Below, one piece after another: positions 22,831-34,548 of a stretch of DNA of 64,000 nt; within the stretch, counting starts at the first letter, position 1, and every line of letters starts with the position of its first letter. The position numbers and the translations under genes were made by a program. The notes beneath the pieces are model-generated. The model ran no database searches, was not told the origin of the DNA, and saw only the letters and a list, made by a program, of their open reading frames with translations. This stretch comes from Macrostomum lignano (Eukaryota), in NCBI GenBank assembly GCA_002269645.1, contig NIVC01003619.1:23129-87128 (forward strand), given 5' to 3'.

Positions 22831-23585
22831 AGCTCGGGGCCTCAATCGCGGGAGCTGCAGCTTATCAGGGACGCTGCAACGCCGCAGATCCCGCAGATTC
22901 TGCAATGACGAGGCGGCCCGCGGACACCCCGGACGCGCTGGAGCGCCTACGCGTGACGGGAGCGCCGCCTCCGGGTGAGTGACAGCCCGAGAGAGCTGCT
23001 ACAAAAATTTCACGGTTAATCGCTTTTACAACTGCTGCAGCAGAATCGACAACAGTAGGTCCCGTCTCTCCCTCATTCTCGCGTGAAAGCATTGTTGCCA
23101 AGTGGTTGCCACCCACTACAGAGCTGGCTTGCTTGCATTTCCAGCACCCTGTTGCAGACTAACTTTCCGCCGCCCTCTCCCTACTTGAAGTCTGGCGCAG
23201 AGGGCGGCTGGCTTCTCCCAGTTAATCTGGGGAGGGGGCATTCATTGATCGCGTGAGAGCGGCGGCAGGAGGAGGTACTTCAACCCCCCCCCCCTCGCGA
23301 AAACTGAAAGCAATTAACTTTGAGCATTGGCAAACTGAAGCCCCCAGTCATGGCTATTATCATAATCCACCATTGTTTTTCTGCCTACCGGTGGGCCGCA
23401 GCGCCACTTTCTCCCGGCATCCGGCCGGAGGTGGCGGTTTGCAAAGCCGCTTCCTCACCGCAATGCAGCCTCTGCCCCGCATCCCCAGCGGGGAGACTGG
23501 GGTTAGGGAGGGGAGGGAAGAAAGGAAAGGATTCTGAGTTGCTGGGAGGAAGCGGCTGAGTGGCGGAGGCGCAGGGCTGGTAGAA

Positions 23586-26500
23586 ATGCCATCGAGCCGC
23601 GGCGTTGGCGCCCCCCGGGATCGCGCAGAGATGACGCGGAGGAGCAACTTGGTGCCGCTCTCAGGCTCGCAGTACCAGCAGCTGCTGCAGCGGCAGTCGA
23701 CGGAGCAGCCGCAGCCGCCCCGTCTCGGCAAGGACGTCTTCGTGGTGTTCTGGGGCCGGCAGTTCGAGTTCCGGGTTACCGGGGAGCAGCCGGCGCCTTC
23801 GGGATCAGCTGGGCGCGGCGCGGGTTCGAATCCTCCAGAGAGACGCGAGACAAAGCGGCTGCCGCACCTGGCCTTCGCTCCGCCGCCGCTGGCACCGGCG
23901 GCCGCATCGGTGGATCCTGCGGCCGCTCTGCTGCGAAGGCGACGATGGGGGCGGCGACCGCGGCGCAGCACCGGCGGCTGGGGACCGCTCGAGGCCGACG
24001 AACAGCGCGCAGGCGACAGCGACGGCGGCGGAGCGGCCATCTTTGCGGCCACGGCAGCCAGGGATGGGCAGCAGCCGCAGCTGCCGCGGCTGCCGATGGT
24101 GCGGGCCCGCTCGCTGCCTACCGGCTCCGCGGCAGCTTCGTTCGCGTCCGACAGGGCCGTCACGGCTGCGTTTTCCACCTTGCGGAAGCTGCCGACACTC
24201 GCGACAGCGCAGGAGTCGCCGCAGCTGTCGCTGTGGAATGCCGTTCGGCCCGTCAGGGAGCCGCAGGCGCCCGGCCCCCTCCAGGTTCCGCCGGGGCCGC
24301 AGCGAGCGGCAGCCTCTCAGCCACGCAGCCTTCCGGACTCACCGAAACCGGAAGCAAAGCAGCTGCAGCCAGGCAGTCTGCCGGAAGTTAAGCAGCCGGT
24401 GCAGGCGGAAAAGGTCGAGGCCGAAGGTCCTCCTGAGGAGGAAAAGCGACCAGCAAAATCGCCAAGTCCCCCGCCACCGCCGCCGCCACCGTCCCCGCCG
24501 CGAACGCCGCATCGCCGGTGCAGCGTTGACAGCGGGCTGGGCGGCACCGCCTCCGCCAGGCTGCTGCGGCGGCTGCTGCGGGGCTGCGACCTGCGCCGGC
24601 TGCCGCAGCTGCCAAGCAGAGTTGTGCGAATTTTCACCAGCTCAACTTTCACGGGTGAGTTAAGGCTGCGGGAGCCACGGGAACTCACATAAGAGTTGGG
24701 CACTCAGTCAGAGTTGGGCACTCAGTCAGAGTTGGGCACTCAGTCAGAGTTGGGCACTCAGTCAGAGTTGGGCACTCAGTCAGAGTTGGGCACTCAGTTA
24801 GAGTTGGGCACTCAGTCAGAGTTGGGCACTCAGTCAGAGTTGGGTACTCAGTCAGAGTTGGGCACTCAGTCAGAGTCAGGCACTCAGTCAGAGTCAGGCA
24901 CTCAGTCAGAGTTGGGTACTCAGTCAGAGTTGGGCACTCAGTCAGAGTTGGGCACTCAGTCAGAGTTGGGTACTCAAAATCCTCGCCGCCTCCCCAGACA
25001 CTGCGGCGGAGCGCAACGCCCTGATGGAGCACACCTACCCGCGGCTGAAGGAGTTCTGCCGCGAGAAGCACGGCCTGGAGTTCCAGGTGGTCGACATGCG
25101 CTGGGGCGTCCGGGACGAGGCCACGGATGATCACATGACCGCGGAGCTCTGCCTGCGGGAGCTGCGGGCCTGCCAGCAGGTGAGCGTCGGTCCGAACTTC
25201 GTGGTGCTGCTGGGCCAGAAGTACGGCTACCGGCCGTTGCCAGCGCTGGTCGACGCCCGCGAGTTCGAGGCGATCCTTGAGTTCCATCGGGCCCGCGACT
25301 CGCCCGAGGCGGTGGCGAGCCTCTCCCGTTGGTACCTGCGCGACGAGAACTCCGTGCCACCTGTCTACGTGCTGCAGCCCGTGTCCTCCGTGCTGGTGCA
25401 CTTTGCCAGCAAGGTGGGTTGCACTTTTGGCTTGGGCTGGCGATTTTAAAGTATAACTATACTGTTGTGTGTCTGCGATCGTACAGGACTGTTTGTCCTT
25501 TGCGATCGTACAGGACTGTTTGTCCTTTGCGATCGTACAGGACTGTTTGTTTGCGATCGTACAGGACTGTTTGTTTGCGATCGTACAGGACTGTTTGTTT
25601 GCGATCGTACAGGACTGTTTGTCCTTTGCGATCGTACAGGACTGTTTGTTTGCGATCGTACAGGACTGTATGTTTGCGATCGTACAGGACTGTATGTTTG
25701 CGATCGTACAGGACTGTTTGTTTGCGATCGTACAGGACTGTTTGTCCTTTGCGATCGTACAGGACTGTTTGTTTGCGATCGTACAGGACTGTATGTTTGC
25801 GATCGTACAGGACTGTATGTTTGCGATCGTACAGGACTGTTTGTCCTTTGCGATCGTACAGGACTGTTTGTCCTTTGCAATCGTACATGACTGTTTGTCC
25901 TTTGCAATCGTACAGGACTGTTTGTCCTTTGCAATCGTACAGGACTGTTTGTCCTTTGCAATCGTACATGACTGTTTGTCCTTTGCAATCGTACAGGACT
26001 GTTTGTCCTTTGCAATCGTACAGGACTGTTTGTTTGTTCTCTGCGATCGTTGGGCGAATTCATCGATGAAGAGTCAACAACTTTGAGCCCTGAGTAAACC
26101 AAAAGTGCTCTTTGACTGCCAAATCAACCTCCACTTTACATACAGGGCTTTCAGCGGCTGATGGAGGCGCACCAGAACGAGTGGTGGGCCACCATGGCGT
26201 ACCTGCAGCGCCTGCTGAGGTCGGCAGCCGACGCTCTGTGCCGCGACGGCGTCTTCAGCCAGGAGCAGCGGCACAACTTCTTCATGTCGGGTGAGCTGAG
26301 CCAGAGCACCTGGGTTTGACTTGACGCTTTTCCACACACTTTTCTTGCATGGAAATCAACCCCCAAGTCACCAAGGTCAGCGGAATGACAATAAGTACTT
26401 GACCTTTCGCTAGTTGACTTTAACGTTGGTTTGACGTAGTGCATACCAGCTTCTGAAGCTGCCTACATTAATTACTGTACACAAAATCTGGCTTCTAGCC

Positions 26501-29500
26501 GTCAACTGTTGATTGACTCTAGGGGGCTGTGAAGCTCTATTTGTCCTCTTCCAGCGACAGCTGATCCCTGAGCACACGCTCGAACAAAGTGTAGCTACAC
26601 AGTCTAAGTACCCTATGGGTTGGCCCTCGCGAGCCAGACAAAGATCTGTGAGCAAACCAAAGCACTGTGTTGAAGCCGACTGTCGAGTTCGAACTTTCCC
26701 AACCGCTTGAACCTGCGCAGTGACGGAGCGCGAGAACCTGCATGGCATCCTCACGGCCAAGAACTGCCACCTGCACTGCCTGGCCTTCATCCGCCACCTG
26801 GAGGGCATCAACCTCGCCAACGCGGCCGCCGCACGAGGCTTCATCGACATGGCGGCCGGCGGGGACGGCGTTGATGAGGAGGCGCAGCTGCTGATGCAGC
26901 GCCTGCGGGACCGCAGCATCCCCGCCTGCCTGCCAGCGGCGGCCATCGCCGAATTCCGGCAGCCCTGGATCGACCCGGCCGGGATCTGCGAGGCCACCCA
27001 CTCAGGTTTGGCTGGCAGCTGGGACTCGAGGTTTTGCTAATTTCTAAGCGAGTTTGGGTGACCACCTTTCCTGTCAGGAACGAAACAAAAGCCGGATTTT
27101 CGAACTTTCACATCCCTGAACTTTCATGCCTCCGAAATTTCATATTCCTGAACTTTCACACTTTCGAACTTTCACATCCCTGAACTTTCGCATCCCTGAA
27201 CTTTCACGCCTCCGAAATTTCACATCCGGAACGCTCATGTCACCAAAATCGCACCTTTCATTGAATCTTTAATTGCGTGTTTTCACGGGTGAGGTCCTGG
27301 CTCAGCGGTTAAGACCAGCTGTCGAAGTGCCACATTTTATTCTATGGAAGCTGAGCAGCCCCCTTAATGGGTCTCCGCATCAACCTCTGTTCCCGCAGAG
27401 TACATCGGAGAATTTTGCGAGTCCTTCTACCAGCGGACAGCTCAGCTCATCGATTTGGGAGCAGAGCGGAACAAATTGCCCAGCAACGATCCCACTCTGG
27501 CTGAGGTGCTGCACCACATGCACCTGTGCAACCGGCTCTGTCAGGTGAGACTGACACCGCACTTGTCCAGCAGAACCCTGAGCAGGCCTCTTAAGCCGAA
27601 ATAATCCTGTGTACTCGTGCACAATTTTCAGAATTTCCATGGTCGCGAGGCCGAGCTGCGGGCCCTGGCCGCCTACTGCTCGGACGGTGGCAACCGCCGG
27701 CCGTTCCGCATCGAGGGCGACCCGGGCTGCGGCAAGACGGCCCTCATGGCGAGGGCCTGCGCTATGGTGAGCCAACTGGCTCTGCTTGGAGAGACTCAAA
27801 CAGGACTCAAAGCATTTGCTCTCCGATTCAACTGTAGGCCCCCGACTGGCTGGCAGGGAGCGGCGGCAACGGCGAGCTCAGCGTCGTCCTGCGTTTCCTT
27901 GGCACCTCGCCGGCCAGCAGCTCCCTGCCCGGCCTGCTGGCCGGCCTCAACCGCCACCTCGGCCACCTGCTGGACGTACCGGAGGCAGCGGCAGCCTCAA
28001 ACTCGGAGGAGCCGCTCCGGCTGGCGCAGCGATTCCGCCAGCTGTTGGACTCGGTCGGCCGCAGGCAGGGCCGGCCGCGGCTCCTCCTGCTGCTGCTGGA
28101 CGGCCTCGAAGAGCTGTCGGAGGCGGAGGCAGCGCTCGCTTGGATGCCCGACCATCTGCCACCGGGCGTGAAGATCGTCGCCTCCGCCCTGGCCGGCGCG
28201 CCCGCCTGCCGCCACCCGCTGCCGGCCGCCAACCGCCTCTCGTTGGGGCCGCTGGGTGCCGACGCCGCGGCCCGCGCTCTGGACGGCTGGCTGGCTGCCG
28301 AGGGCCGCCGGCTGTCGGGGCCGGCGCAGCGGGCCGCCTTTCTGCAGGCCCTGCAGGCCAGCTCCGAGCCGCTGTTCGTCCGGCTGCTGCTCGGCGAAGC
28401 CCGGCGATTTCGCAGCTACGAGGCGGTGGCGGAGCTGCCGCTGGCCACCGAGGCCGCCATCGACCGGCTGCTGCAGTCGGTGGAGGCGCGGCACGGCCGG
28501 CTGCTGGTGTCCCGGGCCCTGTCGCTCATCACGGCCAGCCGGAGCGGCCTGTCCGAGGCCGAGCTGGAGGACCTGCTGTCGCTTGACGACGAGGTGCTGA
28601 ACGACGTGTTCCAATACCACCTGCCGCCGGTGAGCTTGGATCAGCTGTCTGCTTCATAGCTTTATCCACCTACTTATAGTAATATAGCCGTATTCTACTT
28701 AGTACTTGTAGTTCCTTAGGAAGTCAGACAACAGCACATTATCTCTGCAGGTGCGTCGCCTGCCTCCTCTGCTGTGGTCACGAGTTCGCGCCGAGTTGCC
28801 TGGGCTGCTGACGGAGGCGGAGGCTGACGGCGCTTTGGTGCTGCGTTGGCATCACCGGCAGTTCAAGAGCGCCTGCGAGCGGCGCTACCTCCGCAACGTC
28901 AACTTCCTGGCGGATGTGCACGATGCACTGGCCAACTACTTCCTGGGCAGATGGGCTGGGGTATTGCATGGGGTATTGCATGGGATATTGCATGGGGTAT
29001 TGCATGGGGTATTGCATGGGGTATTGCATGGGTTATTGCATGGGGTAATAGAAGAGACGGCTGAGATGCGAGGACCCAGACACAGTGCACGATAATTGGG
29101 CGAGAGGTTGTCGCACAATTCACACCCATGACGAGGGCCAACCCCCAATTCACAGAGTGTACATGACTGATGATTAGAAAGTCAGTGCTGCTGTACACCC
29201 TGTGGGAGCCTGTGTATGAGTGCGTGCCTGTGTACAGTATTGACGCTTGTATGTGCGGGATTGCCTTAGCGCTAGTTGTGGGACAATGTCACCGAGACCC
29301 AATATTAATTTATATTTTAGTTTCCAGTGGCGCCCCCACTCCACAGGTGCCAAAGCCCTTCAGGCACTCGGAGCTGCAGTGCCAGCGGTTCGGCATCACC
29401 GCCGAGGCCGCAGAGTCCCGCAGCGACCGTCGGGTGGCGCCGCAGCCGCTGGAGCTGCGCGACTCGGCCGGGCGGCTCAGCCGCTACAACTTAAGGAAGC

Positions 29501-32464
29501 TGGGCCAGCTGCCTCATCACCTACTGCGGGCCAACAGGCAGGCCGAGCTCCGCTCTGAGTGCCTCTTCAACTATGACTTCCTGCACGCCAAGGTGGCGGC
29601 CTGCCCGCTGCGACACCTGCTGGCGGACCTGCAGGAGGCCTTGGAGGCCACTGGGGGTGAGCCGAAATCACCGAGATGCCGGGTGTTGCTGCGTGCTAGC
29701 GGGGCCGATCGTACAGCATTCTGTCCGCGCAATTTCGCAGGCGAGGACCGCGAGCTACTGCTGCTGCGCGAGTGCCTGCGTCTCTCGGCCAGCGCCGTGT
29801 CCGGCCACCCGGACATGCTGGCCGCCCAGCTGATTGGCCGCCTGCTGCCCTTCACCGACCGGCACCCGGCGCTGCGCCGGCTGCTGCTGGACTGTCGGAT
29901 GCGAAGCGTCGTGCACTGCGCCCTCGTGCCGGCGCACCAGTGGCTGCCCGCGCCCTGCGGCCCGCTCGAGCATTCGCTGGAGGGCCATCAGTTCGCGCCC
30001 TGCGGCGTCGCCGTCAGCCCCGATGGCAGCCAGCTGGCCTCGCTGTCCAGCGCTCTGCTGCAGTGGGACCTGCGCTCTGGCGAGCTGCTGCGCCGCCTGC
30101 CCGTGCCGGGACTGCAGGGCCTCTGCGTTGCCATGCGCGCCTCGGGCGACAGGTTTGCACTTTTTGCACCTGATGTGGGGCCTGTGGGCGGGGCTGGCCG
30201 AATGCCTCACGCCGTGACGCCGCTCCCACGCCAACTGCAGGTGCGCGGCGGCCACCAGCAACGGCCAGGCGGTGGTCGCCCGCTTCTCCGAGGGCCGCCT
30301 GCGCTGCTTGGAGACGCCGCTGGGCGCCGGCGAGCCACTGCTGGGGGTTGATGCAGCCAAGGACTGCTACGCGCTGTTCTCGGCCAGGCGGTGGGCGGTC
30401 CTGGACTGGGAGAGTGACCGGCGCCTGGCCGCCGGTGACCTGCGAAGCCTCGGCTGCGGCCCGGACGAGCAGCTGCTGCGGCTGCGCCTGCCAGCGGAGT
30501 CTGGCGGCCGCTGCGGCTTCATCGCCGTCTTCCGGGTCGGCGGCGGCCGGCAGCTGCGGCTGCGCGATGGCTTCGGACGGTGGCAGCGGCACCTGGACGT
30601 CGGCAGCTGCGCCGCCTTCTCCGAGGACCTGTTGAGAGCGTACGCGGCCACGCCCGGACACGGGCAGACCGTCCGGCTGCTGGAGCGGCCGGACGCGGAC
30701 AGCGAGTTCAGCACCGCCTGCGAGCTGGACTGCCGCGACTGCCAGCAGCAGCAGCAGCCGCACAGTCTGCTCGTCAGCCCCTGCGGCGGCTTCCTGGCAG
30801 CGCTGTGGCCGACCGAGTTCGCCGTTTGGCACCTGCGGCAGGCGGAGAAACGGCGGGTCTGCGGCCGCCTGCCCGAAGGTTTGCGCTGCCTGCCCGGCCG
30901 GGACCCGACCCGCGCCTGCGCCGCCTTCAGCCCAGACCGGCGCCTTCTGCTGGCGCCAGTGCGCCACCTGCTGCTGGTCTTCTCCTGCGCCACCGGCGCC
31001 TGCATCAAGCGGCTGGATGGCCACTTCGGGCGCATCCTGGCGGTGGAGGCGGTGGCCGCCGGGAACCGGGCCGTCACCGCGGCCATGGACCGCACACTGA
31101 AGGTGTGGGATCTGGACGCCGTGACCGCGCGCCAGTTTCCGCTCCCGCGAGCCGACTACCCCATCGAGGCCGCGCGGGTCTCCCTCGACGGCGCCATCGC
31201 TCTGACCTGGGGGCGCGGTGGCGCCACCGTCTGGGACGTCTCGGCCGGCTGTCGCCTGCTGCACCGCCTGCCCTGCGCCGGAGCAGCGGCCGCGGCCGCC
31301 GGAGCCAGCGCTGCAGCCGTCCGCCTCGCGGCCCTCCGGCCGGACGGCTCGATCGCCGCGGTGGCGGAAGTCCGCCGGCTGGCCGTCTGGAGCTGCCGCG
31401 AGGGCCGCCTGCTGCTGGAGCTGCCCGTCAGCGAGCCGTCGGCGCTGGTCTTCAGCCCGGACGGCGGCCTTTTCGTCGTGGTGGACCGGCTCCGCCTGCG
31501 CTGCCTGTCCATGGCCGAGCCGCTTTGCTCGCAGCCCCTGTGGCAGGCGGATCTGCCACAGAAAGAGACACCGCTGGAGCCGAGCTTCTGGCCGGATGCC
31601 GTCGGCAGCGGCTGTCAGATGGCGCTGGCTCTGCTGCTGCCGCTGCTCGTGTCCGGTCAGCAGCTCGTCCTGCGGCTGCTGGAGCCCCGCACCGGCGCCA
31701 TCTGTGAGACTGTCCGGCCGCGCCTGTCCGGTTTAGCTGGTCCGCAGTCGGTCGCTCGCCCACTGTCCGGCTGGCCGGGCTGCCTGGCCGTGTCGCTCGA
31801 CGCCCGGCAGACGCTGGTTCTGGACTTCCGCACCGGCCGAGCTCTGCGCTCCTTCCCCGACTGGGACGGCATCGCCACTTTGGACGGCCATCGCGGACTG
31901 GCGGCACCTGCGGCCGGCGGCCTTCGCCTGCTGGAACTTCGCCGGCCAGCGGGAGACCCGCCCGCTTGGCTGCTGCGCCGCTCACCCGCTGACGGCGTCG
32001 GCAGCGTCGGCATCTCGGCGTTGACTCCGGACGGTGGACACGCGCTGCACTATCGGGCGGCGCGCGGCAGCCTGCGGCTTGTGCGGCTCGCCGACTGCGC
32101 CCTGCTGGCCGAGTTCCGACTGCCCGCTGAGCTGATGGCGCTCGCCTGCCTGGCCGACTCCAGCGGCGCGCTGTGCGGCTGCGCGGACGGCTCGCTCACG
32201 CTTCTCCTGCTGTCGTCTCGGGATAACAGCTTGCCTGATGCGGCTGGTGAGGCCGAGACCCACGGAAATTCGGTTGCAGCAGACCAGTCCAATGTGGAAG
32301 AGCAGCTCGGTGCGCCGGCTGCGCTCTTCTTGGGTGCCGCACTGCGCGCTGTCTGGTTTGCCTGCCGCTTGCGCTGCTGGAGAGTAGGGTGGCGCAGCAA
32401 ACCTCAGTTTCCAGATGTTTTTAATCAGGAAATAAGAGACGAAAACGTGACAGCGATTATGTGA
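23586..32464 (+). CDS. NWD1/NWD2-type DUF4062-NACHT-WD40 STAND ATPase; exons ~23586-24654, 24998-25413, 26146(or 26155)-26290, 26721-27005, 27399-27544, 27632-27766, 27838-28629, 28751-28960, 29347-29656, 29741-30152, 30241-32464
   Basis: VRIFTSSTFT|DTAAERNALMEHTYPRLKEFCREKHGLEFQVVDMRWGVRDE...GPNFVVLLGQKYGYRPLP (NWD-family N-terminus), Walker A GDPGCGKT, Walker B LLLLDGLEEL, VLRFLGTSP, ASRSGLSEAELEDLLSLDDEVL, LRWHHRQF, RKLGQLPHHL, FNYDFLHAK, WD40 repeats (LEGH...QWDL; LDGH...LKVWDL). Start codon uncertain. Confidence 0.92.
24690..24978. repeat. Intronic 18-bp minisatellite GAGTTGGGCACTCAGTCA, ~16 copies
   Basis: Fills intron 24655-24997. Confidence 0.95.
25470..26035. repeat. Intronic 24/27-bp minisatellite GATCGTACAGGACTGTTTGT(CC)TTTGC, ~22 copies
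   Basis: Alternating 24- and 27-bp variants in the intron starting at 25414. Confidence 0.95.
27100..27235. repeat. Degenerate intronic repeat (ATCCCTGAACTTTCAC-like)
   Basis: About 7 imperfect copies in intron 27006-27398. Confidence 0.7.
28958..29045 (+). repeat. 12-bp donor-derived repeat GGG|GTATTGCAT x7
   Basis: The first copy contains the inferred donor at 28961. Confidence 0.85.
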
Positions 32465-34548
32465 ACTTCTGAAGAGCATGTGACTATCGAAAAATCGATG
32501 TTTCTTAGTTTTAGAAACCTTTAACTTTATACTCGTACTGACTCGATAATCTAAAGTGCTGATATTCCAATAAGTCCCAATTTTTGCTTGAATGAATTGA
32601 AGAGATTGAGATAAGTCATGCATATGTAGACCAAGGCATTATTCACGAGTGCCGCGTCCTGTAACGTAATTTTCTTGTGGTCCTCAATTGATGCAATTGA
32701 TGTATAGACCTTGCTGCTGACACAAGAATGTAAGAGTGAATTGGTTAGATGCAGATGCAATGTAAGGTTGCTTTATTGATTGAAGAGAAATGGCAGACAA
32801 AATGTGTAAGCATACGAGCGTATTACTTTGTGATAAATTAAATATACGTTTAACTTTTCAATTAGTAGACCTACTGTCTGAGCAGTACTATACATATAAG
32901 GATGGCAAGGACCACTAGGAACACTTGAGTAGTCCTTGAGGGATGGATGAACTAATAGAGTACTCGTACAGGTGAAAGCAACTTTTATAGAGCATTAACT
33001 TACACTCTCAAGGGATAGGAACTTAATTTTGCTAGAGTTAATTTTTGTGCAGAAAATGTAGAGTGAAAAGAAAGCGGAGGAATGAAGAGTACAAGCTGAT
33101 AAAATACTCGTAGTTTAAAGAAAAAATCAGGGAGTGATGGAACTAGATTAAATATATAAGATTGTTTTATATTGGCAGCACATCAAATAATTGTCTCTGC
33201 TCATGAATCTCCTCGTAAATAGCTTCATTGATTTTTGTACAGCCATCCTTTTCAGTAAAAAACTCCGTGATTTAATCGTAATATAAAATAAAACAAGCGT
33301 TGCAGTATCAGTTTTATATATAAAAATAACTTAGAGGCAAAGGCATTAAAGAATGTCGCAAAAATAAAAAAACAATTTTTTATCTGGACCTTTAGTATTT
33401 TCTTTTAGATAATGTAGTTTTCGATTTTCGTTATTGAAATTTGAATCCTTACCACAAGGTACAATATTCTAGATAATTCCACGTTTAGTTCCTCATTTAT
33501 CGTTCTTTGGATTTTCACGTAAGATTAATTGTTAGTGTCTAAAAGAAGCAATTAAATTATGAACATCAATTGAGTTAAATCGATTAAGTAGTGAGTAAGA
33601 AAAAAAATATTTGAAAGTAGAAATCTTGCTTCAGTACTATGTCTATGACATATTAAAAATGCTCCAAGTCTATTTCTTTTGATTGATTTAAAATATGCTG
33701 CAACTAATTTTCTATAAAGTCGTACCATTAAGTTATAGTTGCGAAAGTTATTTTTCAAAAATGTTACAATTTTTTATTTGTTAGATGTCTTATAAAAATA
33801 ATATCATCATGAATTATATATCTATGTTTGATTTATTAAGTTTTTAGTAATCCTATAAATTTGTTTCTTAAATTTATTTAATTCACAAGCTGATAAAACA
33901 TGCATCCCCTAATTTTCGGGCGTATACTACATGATCCAGTGTGTGGTGCTGATATTAGAATGCAATATCTAAAAAATAGGTCAATGGCTATTAACTAATT
34001 AAATTATTGATATGTTAGTTGTAAATTGCTTAGAAATAAAATCTTAAAGCCAGAGTATATTTTCTAAAACTAAATATATTCTTACATATATATATATATT
34101 TTTTACCAAGGATTTCAATTATATTTTTCTTTTAAAATATAAACTTAATGTATGTATAGCTTATAGCTTATACATGTCAAAAAGTTTTGTAATTATATTT
34201 GCTTTATATCTAATCAATACATGTTATTTATTAAATTTTTATTTTAAAATTAAATTGTCTCTTTGGCAATAAAAGGATTAAAGACTTAAAATTTTATTTT
34301 GTTTAAAGGGATTAACTTGTTGAAATTAAGTAAACTAGCTTTCTAAAAATTTTGTTGTAAATATTTTATTTTATAAAGTTTATAATGGTATTAGAAAACA
34401 AAGTATATAAGATTATTTAAATATTATAATATTTTTTATAAATTATTTATAAGAGAAAAGAAATTTAAATACTTTAATGCACTTTTTTCTATTGATTCAA
34501 CTTATCATGTAAAGTTAACAAAAAATACAATATTTCAGACAAATTTCA

